From NCBI GenBank assembly GCA_013265495.1, contig MU061579.1, forward strand, positions 7,230,124-7,294,123: DNA of 64,000 nt. The letters are read 5' to 3'. The stretch is from Vicugna vicugna (taxonomy: Eukaryota). Every line of letters begins with the position of its first letter. The stretch's first letter is position 1. Positions 24,991 to 36,583 of the stretch are shown in pieces. Position numbers and translations under genes: made by a program. The notes beneath the pieces were generated by a model. It was not told where the DNA came from. It saw nothing but the letters and a program-made list of their open reading frames with translations, and did not search any database.

Positions 24991-25625
24991 CCAGCTGCAT
25001 ACGTTTTTCCTTTGAAAGGAGGAAGTTTAGCGTCCCACTTTCCTGCTACAGGAAAGAGGCAGAGACAGCAAGTGGGTAGGTATACACTCCGAAGTTAGAT
25101 GCTCAAGGTCAAATGTCAGCTCTGCTGTCTGCACAGAGCAACGTTGGCAAGTTAGTTAAGTGCTGTGGACCTCAGTTTCTGAACTGTAAAATGGGAATAA
25201 AGTATCTGAATCATAGGGTTGTTAGATCCTGGAAAGCCCAAAGAACAGGCATGGCATGTAGCAACCACTCAGGGCCGACTATGAAATTACACAGGAGAAC
25301 TTCAGCCCCGGGCAAAGTCTGCACATTGACTTATCTCAACCGATTCGCCTGTCAGTCACCCCCGCATCCGGCACTCACTAACTTAGCAGCTGCTTCAGCT
25401 CTCAGAAGCCTGGGTCCCAAAGACCTCCCAGCTCCCCAAAGCCACAAAGGCAGTTTCCACAAGAGCAATGAAGGAGCCGTCCACGCCTTATTCTGTGCAG
25501 CTCTGTAATGACTAGAGTTTCTATGCCAAGAACATAATTGTGCATTTATGTATTTCATATGCAAATTAAAAACAACTTTTTTTATGGAAAAGAAACATGG
25601 AGTGCTGCTCAAGAATAGCATCACC

Positions 25626-25810
25626 GGGGGAAGGAATAGCTCAGGGGTAGAGGACGTGCCTAGCGTGCACAAGATCCTGGGTTCAATCCCCAGCACCTCC
25701 ATTAAAGATAGATCGATAGACAGATAAACCTAATTGGCCCCCATAAAAAAAGAAAAAAGAAAAAAAGTCAAAAAAGAAAAAGAGAAATTTCTCTGTATTA
25801 AAAAAAAAAA
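25626..25810 (+). mobile_element. tRNA-derived camelid SINE (Vic-1-like)
   Basis: A box TAGCTCAGGGG and B box GGTTCAATCCC, A-rich tail; TSD AAGAATAGC(A/C)TCACC at 25611-25625 and 25811-25825. Confidence 0.9.
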
Positions 25811-26673
25811 AAGAATAGCCTCACCAAACACTATTCCCTGCAGGAAGGTCTCTGGAAGACAGATACAAAATCCAAGAGGTCTCTGTCTTTTTCGTTATTT
25901 TAAACGTCATCCTATTAAGTTTGGTTATCTGGTTTTCCATCCTGTAGAAACTGAAAGCTGCAAACTAGAAGAGAGGAGAGGCGGCACTGAGCAGACGAGA
26001 GACCCAGGTAGGGCTGGGCTGCTCCCTAACTATGTGAACTTAACCACAGGAGCCTTTGCTGCTTTGCCTGTAAAATGGGTATAAGAGGGATATTTTTGAG
26101 GGTTAAATGAGAAAATGCACATAAAGCACCTAGATCTATGCCAAATATATAAAGTTCACTCTACAAAAGACAATGACAATTATGCTGAACCACGTGAAAC
26201 TGCTGCTTCTCTAAGTCAAGGACACTGACCAACAGCCTGGGCTGGGCAGGTGCTCTTGTTGATCGTGAGGATGTAGGGGCAGGGGACCCGCAGAGAGGGG
26301 CTGGGGGCAGAAGAGCAGGTATTTACCGAGCAGAAAGTATTTCAACTTTTAGAAAAATGCACTGACAAGGGCACAGAGCCCAAGGAAAACATTTTCCTTT
26401 AAATACTCATGAGAATTCAAAGTATGGGGATCTGCAGCTACTGCAAACATGGGCAGGAGTGCCACACACCTCAAAAGTCACTCAGGGCGTGGTGTCTTAT
26501 GAGACAATACCCAGTGCTTCAGAACAATGACCCTGATTTATCTAATCAAGGTTAAACTAATCCTGTATTTAATAAGTCAGAGGTTTCTAATACATTTTAG
26601 AAGGGGAAAAAATGCTTAAAGGCATAAAGGTTAAACTTTTTAAAAGTTTCAACACTTAAGAATAGATCACAGA

Positions 26674-26809
26674 TTTATATACATATACATGTTTATTTAC
26701 ACACACGTATATATATATTCCTTTTCAGATTAATTTTTACTATAGGCCATTACAAGGTTTTGAATATCGTTCCCTGTGCTATACAGTAAGATAATACTTC
26801 AATAAAAAG
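26674..26809 (+). mobile_element. Short 5'-inverted (twin-primed) L1 insertion
   Basis: 16-bp TSD AAGAATAGATCACAGA at 26658-26673 and 26810-26825; reverse-oriented L1 3' UTR piece followed by forward TACTTCAATAAAAA terminus. Confidence 0.8.
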
Positions 26810-26825
26810 AAGAATAGATCACAGA

Positions 26826-27070
26826 ATAGGCAAATCCAAATCCATAGGCAGAGAGTAGAGTAGGCGTTACCCACAGATGGAGGGGGAAGTGGATGGAGAA
26901 AGGAAGTGGATGCTTAATGGAGTCAGAGTTTCATTCTGGGATGACGAGAAAGTTCTAGAACTAGACAGTGGTGATAATGCTACATCATTGCGGCATTCAT
27001 TCATGTCAATGAACTGTACACTTTAAAACGGGTATAACGGTAAATTTTTTGTTATGTGGGTTTCACCATA
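26826..27070 (+). mobile_element. Old L1MB-like 3' UTR fragment
   Basis: AATAGGCAAATCC...GAGTTTCATTCTGGGATGACGAGAAAGTTCTAGAACTAGACAGTGGTGAT...GAACTGTACACTTTAAAA. Confidence 0.75.
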
Positions 27071-27489
27071 TTTTTTACTGCACCAAAAAAAGGATAATAC
27101 TTGAATGCTCATTATACTAAGCACTGTATATGCAGGATCTCACAAGAATGCTAGGAGGTAAATATTATCTTAGAGGAGGAAACTGAGGCTCCACAAGGTA
27201 ATGTGACTTTTCCCCAGATCGAAGTGAGGCCATGATTAAAAGGTAAGCCATCACCTCCAGGGCTGACTCTGCAAAACTCTGACTGACTGACTCTTAGAAG
27301 ACTCACTTCTGTGAAATCCTCCTGGTCAGTTAATTTGGAGGCTGAGCTATAAGAAAGCTTAGGAAAAAGGTGCTGCCAATAACTTCAGAAACATCGACAG
27401 GAGAGTCCATACAAATCCTGGCTCTTTGAGGCAGGTTTTTAATAAAATGTATGGACACAGAATTGTTCTGGGCATTTAAACAGCCATAC

Positions 27490-27561
27490 CTTCATTCTTC
27501 ATGATGTAGTGGACAATCTGGCCAACGGTGTCACTATTTTCATTTACACTGTCGTTCAACT
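27490..27561 (-). CDS. RELL1: RELL1 exon 3 (ELNDSVNENSDTVGQIVHYIMKNE)
   Basis: Acceptor CTCTTTCAG|AG, donor GAAG|GTATGG; 72 nt, phase 1-1; frame continuous with exons 2 and 4. Confidence 0.96.
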
Positions 27562-28046
27562 CTGAAAGAGAAAGTGGGGGGAGGACGGGTTACAACTGGT
27601 TCACCTGCCTCAAATCAATGAGACACCGTCTTTGAGCCCAACACCTCTCTGAACAGTCTCCAGAAAGCTCAACCAGTCACTCACAGTGCCAAAAGCTATG
27701 CTTTCTTCCCTCAGGCCCAAGCTGCCTGATGCGCACAGCGCACACAGTGACTTCCTTGGCATAGCAGGCATAAAAAGTATCAGAGTCATCCATCAATCTC
27801 TTCTCAAGTCCAGATACACACTCAGTTTCCAGGACAACAATTCCTTGCATCTATATCAGTCCTCACTACTATCATTTCTCTCTCAATAGTTTGTTAAATA
27901 TTTAGGGGAAATGAAAAGAAGAAAGCAAATGAAAAGAAAAAAATTCTCCTTGGATTTTAATCACAGATGTACCATATAAATTTAGAGTATTAATTTATTT
28001 CTTAAAGTGAGCAATTATTCATCTGTGTTTACAAGACTCTCCTATT

Positions 28047-28372
28047 TTATGTATTTTTTAAGGCTTTTAGTTTTGTTTTCTGTTTTTTTTGTTTGTTTAC
28101 AATGTTGAATTAGTTTCTGGTGTACAGCACAGTGATTGTTATATGTATACATACATACTCTTTTTCATTCCAGGTTACTACAAGCCACTGAGTATAGTTC
28201 CCTGTTATACAGTAGGTCCTTGTTATTTTCTGCATGTATGTTCTGTTGTATGTATTCTGTACACAGTAGTTTGTATCAGCCAATCCCAAAACTCCCAGTT
28301 TATCCCTACCTCCCACCTGCCCCCACTGGTAACCGTAAGTTTGTAACCATACTCATAGACTGGTATGTCTAT
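28047..28372 (-). mobile_element. L1 3' end
   Basis: Reverse L1 tail sequence; flanking direct repeat GACTCTCCTATT. Confidence 0.8.
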
Positions 28373-29639
28373 GACTCTCCTATTCTTTCAAATGCACTTC
28401 CAAGTGATCTAAATTTTGGCTGTAGTATTTTGCCTACACACTCAAGTTTACCTTGGGGAACTCTGTACACAGGATAGTCTTTGAAAAAAAAGAATCGAAC
28501 CTCCACTCTGAAACTGATCTGTATAATCTTCTTCAATAACACAGGAGGGAAGAGGGAGGATTGACCTTATTCACACACAGGGTGTGTGATATCCTACCCG
28601 TGTATCTGGAACAGTGTCTTCTCCATCCATTGCGGCGTCCTCCTCCATGAATACGTACCTCTGGTTGGAGAGCGCACGTGCTAACCGCTAAGCCAACCTA
28701 CAGAGCATCTACAAAGGAGGGGGACGTTCTGCTTTCTGTTGATAAACACTCAGCCTTGGTTTGGCCATAAGCTTACACATGATTCATCCTGCAACCATGT
28801 TCTCTCTCTGCCTCAAAGGTCAGTGGGGGTGGGAAAAACCAACAGGCCAGCAAGCTGGCAAGCAATGAGGAAGCTCCCCCCACTCTGCCCTTGGGTCGGC
28901 TTGGAGGGTGACCTACTCCAAATGTCACCTTTCTGCAAAAACTGCCCTTCGAGGGGCTGAAAGGGACAAGGAGAGTCATCTACTCTCCAAGGTTTTAAAG
29001 GATGGTTGGAAAGAATGTCTGTAAGAAAACAGGATTTCATCTCTCAGGGTTTTCCAAACCCTACGCTGCAACTCCATGTTAAGAGGAAAAGGGGAGACAC
29101 TCTGAGGTCAAGACAAAGGCACCAGTTCTTGGCGAACTTTTACTGCACTGTTCACACAGCCATTTACCTAATAAACACAAACTCCAGCTTCGTAGACTGA
29201 AGACAGAACTCACAAGTAGCACCACAAAAACGGTGAGAATGTTGAGTTTTCCCATCATTCTCATTAGACTCTCATTTGATAACAGTAGAAAGGATTAATA
29301 TTTACTGAGTGGCCATATGTCCCAAACACCAAGTGCAGCTTCTGCCTAATTCACCATAATCCCACAAGGTGGAGATTATTGTCCTCTTTTAAGTTAAATT
29401 AAAATTTTAATTAAGTTGGTGTGAAATTAATTGAAAATAAATGTAAGTTAAATTATACATAGCAGCAATTGAGAGTATATGTAACTTGCCCCAAAGTCAC
29501 GAGGCAGGTAAGAGTAAATGAGCTGGTAGTCATTTAACAAATGAAAGCAAGGTTTCTACCTCTAGGTGTGGTTACTGTGAAATCTACGCTGACACTGCAC
29601 TACACCATCTGCCTTTAAGTCAGACCATTTTGCAAAAGT

Positions 29640-30436
29640 GTTGTCGACAATGTGGAGAAAAGGGAACCCTTCTGCACTGTTGGTGGGAATGTAAATTGGT
29701 GCAGCCACTGTGGAAAACAATAGAGGTTCCTCAAAAAATTAAAAATAGATCTACCATATGATCCAGCATTTCCATTTCTGGGTGTATACCCAAAGGAAAT
29801 GAAAACAGTCTCAAAGACATATATGCACTTCCACATTTATTGCAGAATTATTCATAATAGCCAAGATATAGAAACAACCTAAGTGCCAATCAATGAACGA
29901 ATGGATAAAGAAAACATGGGGTGTGTGTGTATGTGTGTATTTATGTGCATATATATAGTGGAATATTATTCAGCGATGAGAAAAGACATCTTACAATTTT
30001 TGACAACATGGATGGACTTTGAGCACATTACACTCAGTGAAACGAGTCAGACAGAAAAAGACAAGTACCGTCTGTTATCACTTATATGCAGAATCTAAAA
30101 AAGCCAAACTTGTAAAAACAGAGAGTAAAATGGTGGTTACCGGGGCACAAGGGATGGGGAGATACGGCAGATGTTGCTTAAGGGTATAAACTTACAACAA
30201 ATAGTAAATAAACTCTAAAGATCTAATGCACAGTGTCGTGAATACCGACAGTAATATTGTATTATAATCATCAAACTTGCTAAGAAACTAGATTCCCAGC
30301 ACTAAAAAGAAGTGATGGAGGTGCTAATTATTACTACAGTGGCAATCATATTACGATACATAAATGTCTCAGACTAACATGTTGTACACCTTAAATTTAC
30401 ACAATGTTATATGTTAAACATATTTTGATAAAATAA
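29640..30436 (+). mobile_element. L1MA-type fragment (end of ORF2 plus 3' UTR)
   Basis: GGAACCCTTCTGCACTGTTGGTGGGAATGTAAATTGGTGCAGCCACTGTGGAAAAC is characteristic of the L1 ORF2 end. Confidence 0.88.
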
Positions 30437-30537
30437 AGATGGATCATTTTGCCTTAAGATGAAAAATACATATGACTGGTTTCTTATTTAAAAATCGTCT
30501 GCGCCCACATTCACATAAAAGAATCTACGTTATTTAC

Positions 30538-30759
30538 CTATCTTTTCAACCTTTTCTTCTTCCACGTCTTGCTCGGCTTCTGTTGTGCAACGATAGCCTT
30601 TCTTCTTAAGCAGGTGGCAGATGAGGACACCAAAGAGACCCATGATGAAGAACACGGGGACAAGCGCGTACGCGATGTACTCTGGGTGTCCGTTCCCAGT
30701 GTTGTTTGTGGGTGAGGGTGTCGTCTCGGTTCTGAAGTGCAACTGGCTGCCATCATTGT
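30538..30759 (-). CDS. RELL1: RELL1 exon 2 (ectodomain and transmembrane helix YIAYALVPVFFIMGLFGVLICHLL followed by KKK)
   Basis: Acceptor TCCTTCCTCAG|AC, donor ATAG|GTAAAT; 222 nt, phase 1-1; RELT-family motif LKKKGYRC. Confidence 0.97.
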   Translation of the reverse strand, partial: TMMAASCTSEPRRHPHPQTTLGTDTQSTSRTRLSPCSSSWVSLVSSSATCLRRKAIVAQQKPSKTWKKKRLKR

Positions 30760-30923
30760 CTGAGGAAGGAACATGCATAGCTGCATCAGATGTCTATTGG
30801 GGACAAGAAAATATGACAACCTTGGGACATGTTCCCATCAAATCCAAAGTCTGCTCCCCAAACCACAGGCCATGCAGAGAATGGCAGGTCTATACAGGCA
30901 CACAGGCTTGGGCTGAAACAGTC

Positions 30924-31515
30924 TTTTTTTTTTTTTCAATCAAAGTATTGTTGATTTACAATGTTGTGTTAATTTCTGGTGTACAGCATAATGATTCAGT
31001 TATACATACAAATATATTCTTTTTCAGATTATTTTCCATTATACTTTATTACAAGATATTAAATATAGTTCCCTGTGCTATGCAGTAGGTCCTTGTTTAT
31101 TTTATACATAGTAGTATACATATGTTAATCCCAAAGTCCTAATTTATCCCTCCCCACTTTCCTCTTTGGTAACCATAAGTTTATTTTCTATGTCTATGAG
31201 TCTCTTTATGTTTTATAAATAAGTTCATTTGTATCATTTTTTTTAGATTGTACATATAAGTGCTATCATACAATATTTGTCTTCCTCTGACTTATTTCAC
31301 TTAGTATGATAATCTCTAAGTCCATTCATGTAGCTGCAAATGGTATTATTTCATCCTTTTTCTATCACTGCGTAATATTCCATTATATATATACACCACA
31401 TCTTCTTTATCCATTCATCTGTTGATGGACATTTAGGTTGCTTCCATGTCTTGACTATTGTAAATAGTACTGCTAGAAACATTGGGATGCATGTATCTTT
31501 TTGAATTAAAGTTCT
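30924..31515 (-). mobile_element. L1 fragment (ORF2 C-terminus plus 3' UTR)
   Basis: Minus ORF 31351..31581 contains [32 protein letters not shown] (L1 ORF2p C-terminal motif); T-run at 30924. Confidence 0.9.
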
Positions 31516-33069
31516 CATCCTGTCCCTGCTATTCATAACCTGGGTCTCACCCTGGGTAACTTCTTTAAAAATCCGCTCCAAGCCAGCCTCTACTTCTCAT
31601 CTGTATGAACACCTACAAAGCATGGAGTGGATGTACAGAGTTTCAGTGAAGGGTCCACACAGAGTAAATACATCATTAGGTGCTATTAAAGCAGGGTACT
31701 TAATGGTTAAGAGCACAGACTCAGGAGACTTGGGGTCAAGCCCCAGCTTCACCACTTGGCAGTTGTGTGATGATCAACAATGACTGAATCTCTGTGCTTC
31801 AGTTTCTTGTGAAATAGGCAAACTATTAAACAGTACCTACCCACCCTTTTAGAGCTGTTATAAAAATGAAATAAATTAATAAATGTAAAACATCTAGAAC
31901 CATTTCTACAATACAGTAAATGCTCGACTACATGCCAGGCACTACCCTAGGCATTTGTAACATACCATGGAGCAAAACAGATGAAGATTCCTCTCCTCAC
32001 AGAGTGTATGTCCCAGAAAGATTTAGTAAATTGACAGCTCTCGTGTATGCAGAGGGAAAAGGCCAGGATGGCATCAAGATTTTGGCCTAGGGTATAAACA
32101 TAAAAATGGAAGCATGTGCATTTATTTGTACGTTGACCCAAATTAACGTTTATGGCACGTCTGCTATGTGAAAAGCACCAGCTGGGAGCTGGGTAGAGTG
32201 GTAAACAACATAGCATGACCAACGCTGTCTCGGAGCTTGTAGGGTAGAATTGGAAACAGGTACTGAACAAGTCAACACGTGAGCAGACACGAGAGACTGG
32301 GAGAAAATGCTCGTGGAAGGTAAACACAGGGCACTAAAAGAACCAGTAACAGTGGGGACCTATTTTATGACTTCAGAAGTAGGGCAACTGGGAAGGGGGC
32401 ATCTTCGGGAGAAACGGAGAAGTCTGCTTTTTGACAAGCCAAAGTTCCACATGGACTTATACCAGAGGCAGCCAGATATCCGGGCCCATGGGGATGCCAC
32501 ACAGACGCTGAGAGGTCCCTGGATATGGGGGAACTGAATCGTCTCTATGAAGGAGTGCGAGGGAGAAACTGTGAGCCCAGCTGGTAAAACTACAGGACAC
32601 AGCCAATTAGGATAACGAGAAAGAGCCGACTATGCGGAAAATCAACAAAGTACATGTTCACACACACAAAATGAGGAGGGAATCACCAGATTTAAAAGGA
32701 CGAGGCCTAAAGAAAACTGTGGGGCTTGACTGAAATGAAGTCTCCTTATTTGGAATATTCAGATTCTGAAGTGATGAAATGAAGTTTTCTACATCAGGGA
32801 GGTTCACACATACTGCTTAAGAAACTGGAAAGCTAGATACATTTCATTATAAACTCTAGCAAGAGTATTTAGGTGAAAAAAGAACGTATGTTGTAATGAT
32901 TAGATGGAGACAAACACCAGGTGCGAAATGACCACATTTTATCACTGCAGCAAACAGTATCAAAACAGAGGCCACAGGACAAAAGGCTCTCTCTCTCTTT
33001 CACATGAAAAATATCCTTTATCTCTGAACATGAAAGGAAATTGCTGGCTTCTTAGGTTTGTAAAAGGTT

Positions 33070-33236
33070 TTTTTTAATTTAATTTTTAGTTTTTTAATTT
33101 TTACTTTTTTTTAAGGGGGCATAGGCAATTAGGTCTATCTATTTATTTACTTCTTTTGGTGGAGGTACCGGGGATTGAACCCAGGACTTCATGCATGCTA
33201 GGCAGGCGCTCTAACCACTGAGCATACCCTCCCCCG
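33070..33236 (-). mobile_element. tRNA-derived camelid SINE (Vic-1-like)
   Basis: Reverse-complement SINE head; TSD TAGGTT(T/G)GTAAAAGGTT at 33053-33069 and 33239-33255. Confidence 0.9.
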
Positions 33237-33342
33237 TGTAGGTTGGTAAAAGGTTACATCCATTATTTTATCACGTAACCTTTAAAATTTGGGATAACCT
33301 ATACTTTTTTTAAATTTCTCTTCCAAGAGTCAATATAATTAA

Positions 33343-33383
33343 TAAATGAATGAATGAATGAATAAGAGTACACACACACACAC
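33343..33383. repeat. (GAAT)n plus (CA)n microsatellites
   Basis: AATGAATGAATGAATGAAT...ACACACACACACAC. Confidence 0.8.
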
Positions 33384-34014
33384 TTCCTAAAACATATGCA
33401 AATATATCATCTAAATTAGGGTTTAACCTCAAGACTTTCTTTCAGTAAAAACCAGAACTCTTTAACTCCTGTTACAATTCGAAGTGTTTCATTTATTAAT
33501 TCTTTTCTAAAAACATACTCCACGCAATAGGAATAGACACAGCAGGCAGCATGCTAAGACTGAAAGAACTTTACGCAGAATCATGATCTGTTTCAGTCAG
33601 GAGGTGGTAATAAATTCTCTTTGTGGGGCAGTAGGATCAGCGATGATGGCAGAGGGGCTCAGAACTGGAGCCATGCAGATCCTCCTGAATCAGGTGGTTG
33701 AGAATGCACATTCATCACTAATTTGACATCTAGCAAACCCTTGCAAATACTACACATATATAGCTTGTGATTTACAAACATGTATCAGTCAATTTCATAA
33801 TTACTGAACCGTGGCAAAAGTGAAGAAGACTGTACCTAAATTAGCAACACATGAAAGACAGAGAGACGCAATATAGCACTTTTAAAATGTCAGGCTGCCT
33901 GGCATAAGTAATAGCTTGGCCACTGACTGCCCATGTCACTTTGAGCAAGTTTTATTAACTGCTCTGTGCTCAGTCTCATCTGTAAAATGGAATTGCAATG
34001 ATTGTACCTTTCTA

Positions 34015-34468
34015 TGATGATTTTAAAACATGGTCTGAAATTCTTTGGTACTGCTCCCATGGAGAAGAGAGGTCTGTATCTCCACCCTTTGAATATATAT
34101 TGTGTGCTTTGCCTGACCAGTAGGAAATGTTGGAAGTGATGTTTCGTCCATTTCCAAGTATGAGGCCTTAAGAAACGGATAGCTTCCACTTCCTGTCTCT
34201 TGGAGCAGTTGGTTGTTTTTGGAACCCAGCCACCACGCTATGAGGAAGCCCAAGCTGCCCCAAACAGAAAAACCAGTAACAGTCATCAACTTGCTAACTA
34301 CGTAACTAAGTGCATCCTACAGCCCCAGCTGGTGCTAAGTGGAGCAGAGATGAGCTATTTCTGATGAACCTGTCCAAACTGTAGATTCTTTAGCAAAATA
34401 AATGACTATTATTGTTTTAAGCCAGTAAGCTTTGTGGTAATTTTTCATATGGCAATAGTAACTGAAAG
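34015..34468 (+). mobile_element. Older MLT1 (MaLR) LTR inserted in a MIR
   Basis: GGAACCCAGCCACCACGCTATGAGGAAGCCCAAGC...GCAAAATAAATGACT..TTGTTTTAAGCCAGTAAG. Confidence 0.7.
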
Positions 34469-34581
34469 ACTATTTCATAAAGTCATTGTGAGGGTTAAAT
34501 ACATTAATACGTAAAGCACTTAAAAGAGTATTTAGGAAAAGATAAGCACTATAAAAGTGTTTAGTCATCATCTTGATAGAA

Positions 34582-34790
34582 CTGCACTATCCAGCATGGT
34601 AACCACCAACCACAAATAGCTATTTAAATTTAAATCCATTAAAAATAGATAAAATTAAAAATTCAGTTCCTCCATTGGACTAACCATATTTCAAGTGTTC
34701 AGTAGTCACATGTGGCTAACTGCTTCCCTATTGGACAGATCAAATAAAGAACATTTCCATCATCTTGAAAAGTTCTATCGGACAGCACGG
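34582..34790 (-). mobile_element. MER3 (hAT-Charlie MITE)
   Basis: Reverse complement of the 12411 copy (GAACATTTCCATCATCTTGAAAAGTTCTATCGGACAGC). Confidence 0.8.
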
Positions 34791-35246
34791 TTATAAAGAA
34801 CACAAAAGAACAAAATGTTGACTGGAGAATCTACTGTGATCTACCTTAGCAATTCAATTAAGAATAATTTTTAAGTCATAAACCAACTACTCACAATTAA
34901 TACCTAATATATTTGTTAACTTACGTAGGTTTAGCTTTCCTTCAATTTATACTAATAATTTACTTAGAGACACTGTCCATCTTTTCTCTTCACCCTCAGC
35001 TGAATCATATCTGAATTCTGAAAAACTTACTTGAATTCAAATTAATATCAAAGATTTTTGTAGTATTATTTATAAAAGTCAAAAAACAGCAACAACCTGC
35101 ATGTTTGACAATGAGATAATAATGAAATATCTAAGTCAGTATCTGTCTATCCATTTGATGGAATAATATGCACCATTTAAAACAAGATTCTGTGAAGATA
35201 TGGGAACACACTTATATTCAATGTTGAATTTAAAAAACAGGATTCA

Positions 35247-35276
35247 GTGCTCACTTCAGCAGCACATATACTAAAA
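35247..35276 (+). pseudogene. 3'-truncated U6 snRNA retrocopy (first ~30 nt)
   Basis: GTGCTCACTTCAGCAGCACATATACTAAAA versus U6 GTGCTCGCTTCGGCAGCACATATACTAAAA (two CpG transitions); 13/15 matching TSD. Confidence 0.85.
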
Positions 35277-35728
35277 ATCTGGATTCAAAATCTTACATAC
35301 AGTTGATACAACTAGTAGAAAAACATGAAGGAATAAAATGTACAAAGAAATAACTAAAATATTAAGTGACTCTGGGTAACTGAATAATTACATAATTATT
35401 AATTTTATTTTTATGATTTTCTGTAATTTTCTAAATTTCTTATGTATCAATTACTTTTGTATCAAGGTGGTATAAGCACTTGAAAAAACAGATACAAAAC
35501 TGAGGGTGTCAGCCATTTGGGAGTCACAGACCCCTTGGTAAACCTGTTGGATGCTGAAGTTCCTATTCCAAAATTTTGCCTCCAAGGTCTACAAGCTCTG
35601 GACCTTAAGTTAATACGTGGGCAAGTGACTTGATAAGGATGATGTACAAGCTTCTTCCTGAGTAACATGGTGGACACGGGCACCATTCACTGAGATGAAA
35701 AGTATTTGGGAAAAAAGTCAAGTTTGCA

Positions 35729-36184
35729 TAGCGTTAAGGGTTGAATTTTGCCTCCTTCTCAATTCATATGTTGAAGTCTTAACCCCAAGTAACTCAGAAT
35801 GTGACCACATAAGGACACAGGATCTTTACAAAGGTAACAAAGTTAAAATGAAGTCATTAGAGTAGACCCTAATCCCATATGGCTGCTTAAAAAGGGGGGA
35901 AAATTTGGAGGCAGACATACACAAATGGAAAATACCATGTGAAGATAAAGGCAGAGATGAGAGTGATGCTTCTACAAGCCAAAGGACACCAAAGATTGCC
36001 AGCAAACCACCACAGGCTAGGGGAGGCGTGGGACTGATTCTTCCTCACAGACAACAGAAGAAAGCAACTCTGTTGACCCCGACCTTGGACTTCTATTCTC
36101 CAGAACAGAGAGACAATAAATTTCTCCTTTTAAAATCACCAAGTTTGTGGTTCTTTGTCACAGGGGCCCTAGCAAACTAATATA
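35729..36184 (+). mobile_element. MLT1 (MaLR) LTR
   Basis: GGGTTGAATT...ATTCATATGTTGAAGTCTTAACCCC...CTCCAGAACAGAGAGACAATAAATTTC...CCCTAGCAAACTAATA. Confidence 0.82.
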
Positions 36185-36222
36185 CCTTGGCATGAAGAAG
36201 ACAATATCACACGTTCAGTTTT

Positions 36223-36369
36223 TGGTTTTTGTATGTTTTTTTTTTTGGTGGGGGAGGGAGGTAATTAGGTTTATTTCTTTTTCTATTTTTAATGAAGGTA
36301 CTGAGGATTGAACACAGGACCTTTGCATGCTAAGCATACACTCTACCCCTGAGCTATACCCTCCCCCCA
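36223..36369 (-). mobile_element. tRNA-derived camelid SINE (Vic-1-like)
   Basis: TSD ACACGTTCAGTTTT at 36209-36222 and 36370-36383. Confidence 0.9.
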
Positions 36370-36583
36370 ACACGTTCAGTTTTGAGCCTGCGGTGATAAA
36401 AGCGAGCACCGGGACATCCAGGTGGAAATATCTACTGAGCAACTGGACCTGCTCGGAAGAAGCTGAGGACAAGAAGCTAGGGTTCTACCTCAGAACACAG
36501 AAGAGAGAACTTCCAGCAGGAACGAGCAGTCAGCTAGGGCAGATGCTTTAGGAGACAGCCAGAGCAACTAAAGCAGGAAGGAA

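Noticed and set aside
25626..25705. tRNA-like sequences here and at 33150, 36290, 37030, 41765, 50830 and 51140
   Set aside because: They have A-rich tails, TSDs and mutual divergence, so they are SINE heads rather than tRNA genes.
12411..34790. Inverted MER3 pair around exons 2-6 as a circularisation driver
   Set aside because: Old and diverged, 22 kb apart, and each copy is partly self-complementary, so long-range pairing is unlikely.
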